Positions 1 through 7,942 of a stretch of 12,159 bases of DNA are shown here, piece after piece; position 1 is the first letter of the stretch; the number at the start of each line of letters is the position of its first letter. The DNA comes from Nitrospinota bacterium (lineage in GTDB: Bacteria; UBA8248): the NCBI GenBank assembly GCA_030754595.1, contig JASLZZ010000054.1, positions 1 through 12,159 of the forward strand. Reading direction: 5' to 3'. The notes under the pieces were generated by a model. The model was given only the letters and a program-made list of their open reading frames with translations, had not been told where the DNA came from and did not search any database. Position numbers and translations under genes: made by a program.

Positions 1-445
1 CGGTCTAACCTTCCATCCTGACTCGCAACACAGCGGTCGATAATCCGTCAAACCAATACGACGATCTGACGGCATCTAACGGGTCGATAGTTCCCGTATC
101 CTCATTGAAAGTCTCTTATTTTGATTCACGGAAAAACTCCCTCCGTGTCTGATGGCGGACTCTTTCGGTTTGAACGGGAGATTCAATCTCCAACCGGCAT
201 CAATGATTTACCATCAGTTTTGATTGTGTCTCCGACTGACACACCTGCGGGTGATGTCTCTCGACATCCCTTGATCCCACACGATTCTCATATTGGACTT
301 CTTCGGACTCGTGTCGTCCTGTCGGTTGTGTTCCTGCAACTATTCAAGGTTTCTGAGAAGGGGGTGTTTGGTTCACACCCGTGGTTAAAATGACATTTCC
401 CAGTCCCCGCAGAACACCCGTTTTGAGGGGTGTTCTGTGTATCTC
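1..445 (-). ncRNA. Candidate large structured non-coding RNA, family not recognised, truncated at the window edge
   Basis: About 11 mostly nested helices seen by eye (+ strand coordinates): 45-50/67-72, 79-83/93-97, 127-132/142-147, 149-155/211-217, 166-170/192-196, 177-182/186-191, 225-230/238-243, 253-258/263-268 (GAGA tetraloop on - strand), 285-290/354-359, 362-367/375-380, 410-419/428-437. Several A-C mismatches on + become G-U pairs on -. No convincing protein ORF. Confidence 0.45.
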
Positions 446-553
446 CTAGGTATTTATACAAACTAAAATTTTGGGGTCTTACGCGCGATACATGGACGAT
501 TGGCGAGGGGTCTGGTTTTGACTCAACCATTTGATGTTTGGTGGAAGGATCGT

Positions 554-1009
554 ATGAACCTTTTTATTGATGAAAGGACAAAAGTCTTAAAATCTAGTGA
601 AGAATGGGATGAAAATTCAAATTTTATTCACCTCTGTGCGGATAAGAGAAGAAGGATTGACGATATAAGGTGAGATTTGGACGATATTTTTAAAAACGAA
701 ATTGGAAGGAAAAATCGTCAGGGCGTTACCGGCAAATTTCCCATCTACGAAAAACCTCGACCCTTTCCACTTCAAGATTGATACAACGCACTAATCAAAG
801 TAATGGATGGAGAGAATTTAACCGCGCAACAGATTTTTGAAAGGAAGTATATCCGTGAGATTCATAACCACCAAGAATCAGAAGTAATGACCCTAAGGGG
901 ACCTAAGAAAAAAATACTTTATTCATCTAGTCTTTCGAAGGTGCTGAATGAGGGGAAGAGAATTCTTCTTGATGTGTGCGATGGGTACTTCAGTAAGAAA
1001 CCAAAATAG
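554..1009 (+). pseudogene. Hypothetical protein frame (151 codons) interrupted by two in-frame TGA codons; pseudogene or TGA-recoded gene
   Basis: ATG 554 with GGAAGG at 543-548. The frame reads MNLFIDERTKVLKSSEEWDENSNFIHLCADKRRRIDDIR*DLDDIFKNEIGRKNRQGVTGKFPIYEKPRPFPLQD*YNALIKV and continues into the listed 803-1009 ORF. TGA at 671-673 and 779-781; ends in TAG at 1007-1009. Confidence 0.5.
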
Positions 1010-1014
1010 GACTG

Positions 1015-1336
1015 ACTGGGGATCAACCCTTTCTCACTTCTTTATTTCAGTCACCATTCTTTTGTCGGATAAAATCCTGCGGACACCTTCGTATATTTCC
1101 AACCGATGAGTCCTTTTTCTGTCTTGAACATGTCGATACAATATAGGAAGAACTCCATTTTTTGATCGTTTGATATGTGGGGAATATTTGGGAAATTAAA
1201 CGAGAGAAAAACGAAAATAATGCGAAATAATAATGTCTTTGAATAAACATTGAAAAATAAAGGGTATGGGTATATTCTCCGACGACTTTTGAGACGGTAT
1301 GGGTAAATTTTTCAATTGTTTGGTTGATCCCTCAGT
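1015..1336. repeat. Segment bounded by inverted repeats (MITE-like or invertible)
   Basis: ACTG-GGGATCAACC (1015-1028) versus the reverse complement of 1322-1336, ACTGAGGGATCAACC. Perfect 10-bp core at 1019-1028/1322-1331. Confidence 0.4.
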
Positions 1337-1399
1337 TAATTTACAGAAAGAAAAAAAGTCTATAACGCAAACATTATCAATATGTTATTAGGTGTTGGG

Positions 1400-1428
1400 T
1401 TAACCAAGCGTTAAAACCGTTTTAGAAT
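1400..1428 (+). promoter_or_regulatory. Putative sigma70 promoter for the argC-led operon
   Basis: TTAACC (1400-1405), 17-bp spacer, TAGAAT (1423-1428), ~40 nt before the argC ATG. Strong SD GGAGGAGGT just upstream of 1471. Confidence 0.45.
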
Positions 1429-1470
1429 CTGAAGACTCAGCTCCCGCCGAAAGCGGGGAGGAGGTGTTGT

Positions 1471-2508
1471 ATGCACCGGATCGCCGTGGTGGGAGCCACG
1501 GGCTATACCGGCTTCGAGTTGCTGCGGCTGCTTGCGTCTCACGGCGGCGTGGAAGTCGGGGCCCTGACATCGGAAACTTATGCTGGAAAAGAGGTGGGGG
1601 AGGTATTTCCCGCGTTGGCGAAAGTCGTGGCCGGCCGTTTGAGGAAGTTCGAACCGGCGGCCTGCGAGGGCGCGGAGGTGGTATTTTGCTGTCTTCCCCA
1701 CCGCACGGCAATGAATACGGTTCCGGGGCTTCTGGACAAGGGGTTTCGGGTGGTGGATCTATCGGCCGATTTCAGGCTCCGCGATCACAGAATTTATGAG
1801 CAATGGTACAAGACCGGGCATATATGCCCGGAACTTATTCCCGAGGCCGTCTACGGAATTCCCGAAATTTACCGGGAGCAAATCCGAGGGACAAAGCTGG
1901 TGGCGAATCCAGGGTGCTATCCGACCGGGGCGATTTTAGCACTGGCGCCGCTGCTGCGTGCGGGGCTGATAGCTCCCGCATCGATCATCGTCGACGCGAA
2001 ATCCGGGGTTTCGGGAGCGGGCCGGAAGGCCGCCCTCGATCTTCAGTTCAGCGAGGTCAACGAGCGGTTCAAGGCCTACGGGATCGCCACCCACCGGCAC
2101 ACGCCCGAAATCGAACAGGAGCTTTCGGCCGCCGCGGGCGGCGTGGTGCGCGTCTCGTTTACTCCGCATCTGGTGCCGATGACCCGCGGGATTCTATCGA
2201 CGATCTACGCCGACGCCGCCGAAGGCGTTTCGGCCGGTGCTGCCCGGGAGGCTCTCGAGGAAGTCTACGCGGACGAACCTTTTATCCGCCTCATGCCCGA
2301 GGGCGCGTTTCCGAACGTGAGTCAGGTGGCGGGCAGCAATTTTCTCGACATCGGGCTCACCCTCGATGAGCGAATCGGGCGGTTCGTCGTAGTGACGGCA
2401 ATCGATAATCTCGTCAAGGGGGCTTCCGGGGCCGCCGTTCAAAACATGAATATTCTTTTGGGTCTGAGCGAAACGCAGGGCCTTGAGCATCCGGGGTATT
2501 GGGTATGA
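1471..2508 (+). CDS. argC: N-acetyl-gamma-glutamyl-phosphate reductase
   Basis: Rossmann motif VVGATGYTGFEL, DLSADFRL, catalytic ANPGCYPT, AKSGVSGAGR, HRHTPEI, IDNLVKGASGAAVQN. Strong SD. Confidence 0.98.
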   Translation: MHRIAVVGATGYTGFELLRLLASHGGVEVGALTSETYAGKEVGEVFPALAKVVAGRLRKFEPAACEGAEVVFCCLPHRTAMNTVPGLLDKGFRVVDLSADFRLRDHRIYEQWYKTGHICPELIPEAVYGIPEIYREQIRGTKLVANPGCYPTGAILALAPLLRAGLIAPASIIVDAKSGVSGAGRKAALDLQFSEVNERFKAYGIATHRHTPEIEQELSAAAGGVVRVSFTPHLVPMTRGILSTIYADAAEGVSAGAAREALEEVYADEPFIRLMPEGAFPNVSQVAGSNFLDIGLTLDERIGRFVVVTAIDNLVKGASGAAVQNMNILLGLSETQGLEHPGYWV

Positions 2509-3719
2509 GCGACCAGAATTTCATCGAAGAAATCGGCGGCGGGGTTTGCGCCGCCCGAGGAGTCCGGGCCTCGGCCGCTACGGCGGGTATCAAGGAATCG
2601 GGCCGCCCCGACATGACTCTCATCGAGTTTGATCCTTCGGCCGAGGCGGCGGGCGTCTACACTCGAAATCTCGTCTGTGCGGCGCCAGTGGTCTTGTGCA
2701 GGGAGCGGGTGGGAAAAGCGCCGCTGCGCGCCTTTTTGGTGAACAGCGGCGTTGCCAACGCCTGTACCGGAGAGGCCGGCCTCGCAGCCGCACGCCGGGT
2801 TTGCGCCGCGTTGGCGGAGCGCCTCGGTTGCGGCGAGGGAGAGGTGGCGATGTCCTCGACGGGCCTCATCGGCGCGCATCTTCCGGTGGAATTAATGGAG
2901 GCGGCGCTGGGTGGCCTTGTGAAGGGCCTGTCTAAAGAGGGCGGAGGCCCCGCCGCCGAGGCGATCATGACGACGGACACGCGGCCAAAGGAGTTCGCCG
3001 TCTCGATCAATTTGCCGGGCGGGCAGGTGAGAATGGGCGGCATGTCCAAGGGGGCGGGCATGATCGCTCCCGACATGGCGACTATGCTGGCTTATGTCAC
3101 GACCGACGCTGTTGTTTCGGCCGAGGCGCTCTCCCCGTTGTTGCGCGCCGCGGCCAATGAATCTTTCAACAATGTGACCATCGACGGGGACACCTCGACG
3201 AACGACACCGTGATCCTGGCGGCGACGGGAGCCTCGGGTGTCTCTGTCGAGGGCGAGGTAGCACTCGAACGCTTCGAGGCCGGTCTCAAGCGGGTGTGCA
3301 AGGAGTTGGCCCTCGCCATTGTCCGGGACGGGGAGGGTGTGACCAAGGTGGTTGAGATCCGGGTCGAGGGCGCGGCCAGCGATGAGGACGCCCGGCGGGC
3401 AGCCCGCTCGGTGTCCGAGAGTCTTCTCGTGAAAACGGCCATCAACGGATGCCTGCCCAACTGGGGGCGAATCTTCGCGGCAGCCGGCTACAGCGGCGCC
3501 GCGCTCGATCAGGCCCGCATGTCGCTCAGGTTTGACGGTGTCGAGGTCGTGAGGGAGGGCGCCCCGCTGAAAGCTGTGGAGGCTTCCCTAAAGAAAGTCA
3601 TTGAAAAACATGAATATACGGTGACCCTCGGCCTCGGCGTCGGAAAAGGCGGCGCGGTTTTCTGGACGACCGACCTGAGCCGCGAATACGTCGCCATCAA
3701 CGCAGATTACCGGACCTGA
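2505..3719 (+). CDS. argJ: Ornithine acetyltransferase / N-acetylglutamate synthase (ArgJ)
   Basis: [23 protein letters not shown], autocleavage site [36 protein letters not shown]-terminal NADYRT. ATG 2505 overlaps the argC stop (ATGA). Confidence 0.98.
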   Translation: MSDQNFIEEIGGGVCAARGVRASAATAGIKESGRPDMTLIEFDPSAEAAGVYTRNLVCAAPVVLCRERVGKAPLRAFLVNSGVANACTGEAGLAAARRVCAALAERLGCGEGEVAMSSTGLIGAHLPVELMEAALGGLVKGLSKEGGGPAAEAIMTTDTRPKEFAVSINLPGGQVRMGGMSKGAGMIAPDMATMLAYVTTDAVVSAEALSPLLRAAANESFNNVTIDGDTSTNDTVILAATGASGVSVEGEVALERFEAGLKRVCKELALAIVRDGEGVTKVVEIRVEGAASDEDARRAARSVSESLLVKTAINGCLPNWGRIFAAAGYSGAALDQARMSLRFDGVEVVREGAPLKAVEASLKKVIEKHEYTVTLGLGVGKGGAVFWTTDLSREYVAINADYRT

Positions 3720-3720
3720 C

Positions 3721-3935
3721 GAGGAGCGAATCCGGAGGGTTGAATCGCCGGAGGGGCGAAATGCCCCGGGGGTTGAATCGAAAACAACCTTGTGAGACAT
3801 TCCCCTCGCCGCGCGGCGGCGACCGCACCGGGCGGGACCGCGCGAAATTCGGTGTTTCTCATTTCAGCTTTAAATTCAACCCCTTTCGCCGGGGAGTTGC
3901 GAAGGTTCCGCCTGCCTTAAGGCGGAATAAGGAGG
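3721..3935 (+). promoter_or_regulatory. Structured rpsB 5' leader (candidate S2 autoregulatory element)
   Basis: Helices 3769-3778/3874-3883, 3793-3797/3857-3861, 3806-3812/3816-3822, 3826-3830/3850-3854 and 3906-3913/3920-3927, the last directly before SD AAGGAGG (3929-3935). Structured rpsB leaders are known in other bacteria. Confidence 0.55.
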
Positions 3936-3943
3936 AAGTCCTC

Positions 3944-4810
3944 TTGGCATCCGTCACGTTGCGGGAACTGCTCGAGTCCGGTTCGCATTTCGGCCACAAG
4001 ACCAACCGCTGGAACCCCAAAATGAAGCCCTATATTTTCGGGGCGCGAAACGGGGTCTACATCATCGATCTCCAGAAAACCCTTCACCTTTTCAAGGAAG
4101 CGATGGATTTTTTGAAAGAGGTGGCCTCCAAGGGCGGTGACGTCCTTTTCGTAGGCACCAAACCCCAGGCGCAGGAGATCGTCGCCGAGGAGGCCCAGAG
4201 AGTGGGCATGCCTTACGTCACTGTACGCTGGCTCGGTGGCACTCTCACCAACTTCGCCACCATCAAAAACTCGATTGCCCGTCTAGTCGAACTCGATGGC
4301 ATGAAAGAGGACGGCACTTTCGATCTTTTGGCCAAGAAAGAAGCTGTCCGCCGGGAAAAGGATCGCCAGCGTCTCGATAAATTCCTGGGCGGGATCAAGA
4401 ACATGAAAAATATACCGAAGGCAATGTTCATCGTGGATGCTGGCCACGAGCACATTGCGATCAGAGAGGCCATAAAGTTGGGTATCCCGGTGGTTTCGAT
4501 GGTGGACACCAACGCCAATCCCGATGGAGTGGATTTCGTTCTGCCCGGAAACGATGACGCCCTTCGTTCTGTTCGCCTCTTTGTCTCGCGTTTGGCCGAT
4601 ACTGTCAGCGAAGGCGTGGCCCTTCGAAAAGACGGGAAGGCCGAAGCGGCCATGGCGGGTGATGATGTGGCGAAGGAAATTTTAGAAGTCGCCGAGAAGG
4701 GTGAGGAGACGCCTCCGGCGGCTTCCGAAAAAGCCCCTGCGGGTGATATCCCAGCAGAAGTTGAACCGGCTGCCGAGGAGAAGGCAACGGTCGATGAACC
4801 GGCTGGTTGA
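3944..4810 (+). CDS. rpsB: 30S ribosomal protein S2, with an acidic Ala/Glu/Pro-rich C-terminal tail
   Basis: [59 protein letters not shown]. Start reassigned to TTG 3944, which follows SD AAGGAGG. Confidence 0.98.
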   Translation: MASVTLRELLESGSHFGHKTNRWNPKMKPYIFGARNGVYIIDLQKTLHLFKEAMDFLKEVASKGGDVLFVGTKPQAQEIVAEEAQRVGMPYVTVRWLGGTLTNFATIKNSIARLVELDGMKEDGTFDLLAKKEAVRREKDRQRLDKFLGGIKNMKNIPKAMFIVDAGHEHIAIREAIKLGIPVVSMVDTNANPDGVDFVLPGNDDALRSVRLFVSRLADTVSEGVALRKDGKAEAAMAGDDVAKEILEVAEKGEETPPAASEKAPAGDIPAEVEPAAEEKATVDEPAG

Positions 4811-4859
4811 ATGACTCTGATTGACAGGGATTGAACATCCGGAAGGAGAAGAGAAGGGA

Positions 4860-5747
4860 ATGGAAGTTACCGCTCAAATGGTTAAGGACCTGCGCAGCAT
4901 GACAGGCGCGGGAATCATGGACTGCAAGGAAGCGTTGCGCGAAAAAGACGGTGACCTGGAGGAGGCCAAGCGCTTTCTGCGGGAGAAGGGTCTCTCCAGT
5001 GCGGCGAAGAAAGCCGGAAGAGAGACCAACGATGGGCTCGTCGAATCCGAGGTGAACTCAGATGCCCGCTCGGGCGTTCTCGTCGAGGTGAATTGTGAGA
5101 CCGATTTTGTCGCCAAAACGGAGGATTTCAGGGCGCTGGTGAAAAATACTCTCAGTCACGTCAAGGAAAACGGCGGCCAAAGCCTTCCTCCCAATCCGGG
5201 GGGAGAAACGCTCCAGGAAGAGGTGGCGGCGGCCATTGCCAAACTGGGGGAGAATATTCTGGTTTCCCGCGGTGAGCGCTATGAAATTCCCGAGGGTCAG
5301 GCGGGAGCTGTCTGCTCCTACATCCATCCGGGAGGTGCCATCGGGGTTTTGGTGGAGCTTCGCTGCGCCTCGGCCGATGTGGTCGGCCAGGACGCCTTCA
5401 CCGAGACGGCCAAAGATCTGGCCATGCACATCGCGGCGAGCAGCCCGAAGTACCTTACCTCCGATCTCGTTCCGAATAACGTGATCGAAAGCGAGCGGGC
5501 CATTCTCATGGCTCAGTCGAAGGACACTGGCAAACCGGAAAACATCATCGCCAAAATCGTGGACGGCCGAATCAATAAGTACCTCAAGGAAGTATGCTTG
5601 ATGGATCAGCCCTTCGTGAAAGATCCCGATCAGACTATTCAGGCCCTGTTGAAGGCCAAGTCGAAGGAACTGGGCGAGGAGGTTGAGGTTTTTCAGTTCA
5701 CGCGGTTCCAGCGCGGAGAACTCACCGCGCAGGAGGAGATCGAGTAG
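4860..5747 (+). CDS. tsf: Translation elongation factor Ts
   Basis: VKDLRSMTGAGIMDCKEAL, LREKG, EVNCETDFVAK, LAMHIAA, GKPENIIAKIVDGR. ATG 4860 preferred over TTG 4821. Confidence 0.98.
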   Translation: MEVTAQMVKDLRSMTGAGIMDCKEALREKDGDLEEAKRFLREKGLSSAAKKAGRETNDGLVESEVNSDARSGVLVEVNCETDFVAKTEDFRALVKNTLSHVKENGGQSLPPNPGGETLQEEVAAAIAKLGENILVSRGERYEIPEGQAGAVCSYIHPGGAIGVLVELRCASADVVGQDAFTETAKDLAMHIAASSPKYLTSDLVPNNVIESERAILMAQSKDTGKPENIIAKIVDGRINKYLKEVCLMDQPFVKDPDQTIQALLKAKSKELGEEVEVFQFTRFQRGELTAQEEIE

Positions 5748-5810
5748 CCGCCCGCGCTTGCCGTTCGCGCCCCCGGCTTCTTCTGCGCTCCGAAGAAATA
5801 GGAGGAGTCA

Positions 5811-6542
5811 TTGGGCGTTAATCTTCGTTTTTATCGCATCCTGTTAAAGCTATCGGGCGAAGCCCTCGGGGGTGAAATGCGCCTGTACGTCGATCACGGC
5901 GTCGTGGGCGATATCGCCAAGGAACTAGCCGAAGTCCATGAAAAGGGGCTTCAGTTGGCGGTCGTCGTCGGTGGCGGGAATATCTTCCGTGGCGGCGAAG
6001 CCGCCGCGGCCGGAATGGATCGGACCACGGGCGATCACATGGGTATGCTGGCCACGGTCATCAACGCTCTTGCTCTTCAACATGCGCTCGAAAAAATAGG
6101 TATCCCCACCCGGGTTCAAAGCGCTATTCACATGGCCGAGCTTTGCGAGCCATATATCCGCAGAAGAGCGGTGAGGCATCTGGAGAAGGGCCGGGTGGTG
6201 ATTTTTGCCGCTGGCACCGGAAACCCTTATTTCACGACCGATACGGCGGCGAGTCTCCGTGCGGTGGAGATTGGAGCCGAGTGCATTCTCAAAGCGACGA
6301 ATGTCGATGGCGTATTCACCTCCGACCCCAAAAAGGATAAAGACGCTAAGTTCATCAAAGAGTTGAGTTATATAGAGATGTTGAACCGCCACCTTGGGGT
6401 GATGGATTCCACTGCGATCAGCTTGTGCATGGAAAATGACTTGCCTATTATCGTTTTTAATCTCAGGAAGGAAGGAAATATTCTTCGGGTGGTTTCCGGT
6501 GAAGAGGTGGGGACTCTCGTCACTGCTGAAGAAAACCATTGA
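5811..6542 (+). CDS. pyrH: Uridylate kinase
   Basis: [59 protein letters not shown] start after AGGAGG. Confidence 0.98.
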   Translation: MGVNLRFYRILLKLSGEALGGEMRLYVDHGVVGDIAKELAEVHEKGLQLAVVVGGGNIFRGGEAAAAGMDRTTGDHMGMLATVINALALQHALEKIGIPTRVQSAIHMAELCEPYIRRRAVRHLEKGRVVIFAAGTGNPYFTTDTAASLRAVEIGAECILKATNVDGVFTSDPKKDKDAKFIKELSYIEMLNRHLGVMDSTAISLCMENDLPIIVFNLRKEGNILRVVSGEEVGTLVTAEENH

Positions 6543-6546
6543 TTTG

Positions 6547-6586
6547 GATATTTCGCCCGGCTTAACTCGGCGCCGGCGGGAATATC
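6547..6586 (+). other. Intergenic hairpin between pyrH and frr
   Basis: GATATT (6547-6552) pairs with AATATC (6581-6586), closing a GC-rich imperfect stem that ends just before the frr SD (AAGGAG). No U-tract. Confidence 0.4.
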
Positions 6587-6598
6587 GAAGGAGATGTC

Positions 6599-7159
6599 GT
6601 GGCAATTCAAGATCATCTCGCTGAATCGAAAAAAAGAATGACGGTGACGCTGGAGTCATTCAAGGCGGACAGTTCACGGGTGCGGACAGGCAGGGCGTCC
6701 GCTTCTTTGGTGGCCAATGTCAAAGTGGATTATTACGGTACGATGACTCCGCTGAATCAACTTGCTGCCATCAACGTACCCGAACCGCAACTGATCGTGA
6801 TCCAGCCCTACGACGGGAGTGTCCTCGCGAATATCGAAAAAGCCATTCAGGCGGCGGAACTCGGCCTGAATCCGTCGAACGACGGAAAGGTTATCCGCGT
6901 CCCGGTTCCTCCCCTGACGGAGGAGCGGCGAAAAGAAATGGTCAAGATGGTCAGGAAAATAGGCGAAGAGCACAAGGTCTCGATTCGTAATGTCCGCCGT
7001 GATGTCAATGAAAGTTTGAAGTCCGCGGAAAAGAACAAGGAGATTACGGAGGATGAGTTGAGGAAAGGGCAGGCCGAGGTTCAAAAAGTGACGGACGATT
7101 TCAACTCTCAAATCGATCAGTTGCTTTCTGCCAAGGAAGAAGAAATACTGAAAGTCTGA
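6599..7159 (+). CDS. frr: Ribosome recycling factor
   Basis: RTGRAS, VDYYG, PLNQLA, LGLNPSNDG, PPLTEERRKE, IRNVRRD. GTG start after AAGGAG. Confidence 0.98.
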   Translation: MAIQDHLAESKKRMTVTLESFKADSSRVRTGRASASLVANVKVDYYGTMTPLNQLAAINVPEPQLIVIQPYDGSVLANIEKAIQAAELGLNPSNDGKVIRVPVPPLTEERRKEMVKMVRKIGEEHKVSIRNVRRDVNESLKSAEKNKEITEDELRKGQAEVQKVTDDFNSQIDQLLSAKEEEILKV

Positions 7160-7176
7160 CCGCCCAGAGAAGGACA

Positions 7177-7935
7177 ATGGATTTTCCCATCGATCCCAGA
7201 ATCGACCTGAACAGATTGCCGGCTCATGTCGGCATCATCATGGACGGCAATGGCCGGTGGGCGATGAAACGTTTTTTCCCCCGGATCGCCGGTCACCGTG
7301 AGGGGGTCAAGGCGGTTGATCGAGTCGTTTCTCATGCCAGCCGGATGGGTGTAAAAGCGCTCACCTTGTACAGTTTTTCCCTTGAAAACTGGAGCCGCCC
7401 CAGGGACGAAGTCAATGCTTTGATGGAAATTCTAGCCGAGTTCCTGGAACGAGAGCTTTCCCGGATATTGGATGAGGGGATTCGCTTCAACGCGATTGGC
7501 CACATCGAGGATCTGCCGCTGTTCGCCCAGGAGTGGGTGGGCCGCGCGATGACGGAGACATCCGATCGGGAAGGGATGGTGCTGACCCTGGCGCTTAGCT
7601 ACAGTTCCCGGCGTGAAATCGCGGATGCCGCCCAAACCTTGGCGCGGGAGGTGATGGCCGGAAAAATTTCACCGGATGAAATCGAAGAAGAAGATATCGC
7701 CCGTAATCTGTATACCTCCAACCTGCCCGAGCTCGACCTGTTGATCCGTACCAGCGGGGAGCTCAGGCTTTCCAATTATCTCCTCTGGCAGGCCGCCTAC
7801 GCAGAACTCTATTTCACTGATCTGTATTGGCCTGATTTTGGCGAGCGGGAGTTTGAAAACGCCATCCTCGCTTTTCAGTCTAGGGTGAGAAAATTTGGTC
7901 TGACCGACGACCAGATTACCTCCAAAAAAGTATGA
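7177..7935 (+). CDS. uppS: Undecaprenyl diphosphate synthase (cis-prenyltransferase)
   Basis: HVGIIMDGNGRWA, GHREG, YSFSLENWSRP, DLLIRTSGELRLSNYLLWQAAYAE, WPDF. Confidence 0.97.
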   Translation: MDFPIDPRIDLNRLPAHVGIIMDGNGRWAMKRFFPRIAGHREGVKAVDRVVSHASRMGVKALTLYSFSLENWSRPRDEVNALMEILAEFLERELSRILDEGIRFNAIGHIEDLPLFAQEWVGRAMTETSDREGMVLTLALSYSSRREIADAAQTLAREVMAGKISPDEIEEEDIARNLYTSNLPELDLLIRTSGELRLSNYLLWQAAYAELYFTDLYWPDFGEREFENAILAFQSRVRKFGLTDDQITSKKV

Positions 7936-7942
7936 GTGGAAC

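Noticed and set aside
121..393. Listed 90-aa + strand ORF
   Set aside because: TTG start without SD, no recognisable motif, and it overlaps the structured region.
1..530. The minus-strand frame of ORF 288-530 continues to the window edge with only TGA stops
   Set aside because: The translation is not protein-like, the region is poor in TA-starting codons generally, and the RNA helices explain it better. Not counted as recoding evidence.
671..810. Selenocysteine readthrough of the two TGAs
   Set aside because: No SECIS-like stem directly downstream and no redox-motif context.
1363..1390. dif-like site (ATATGTTATTA resembles a XerD arm)
   Set aside because: Poor match overall and no convincing XerC arm.
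3721..3780. CRISPR-like repeats
   Set aside because: Only two imperfect adjacent units, no spacers and no cas genes.
3740..3943. 68-aa N-terminal extension of S2 in the ORF track
   Set aside because: S2 homology begins at TTG 3944, which has a strong SD. The upstream part is the structured leader.
5746..5785. Possible terminator between tsf and pyrH
   Set aside because: Short imperfect stem (AGCCG/CGGCT) and an interrupted U-tract; not enough support.
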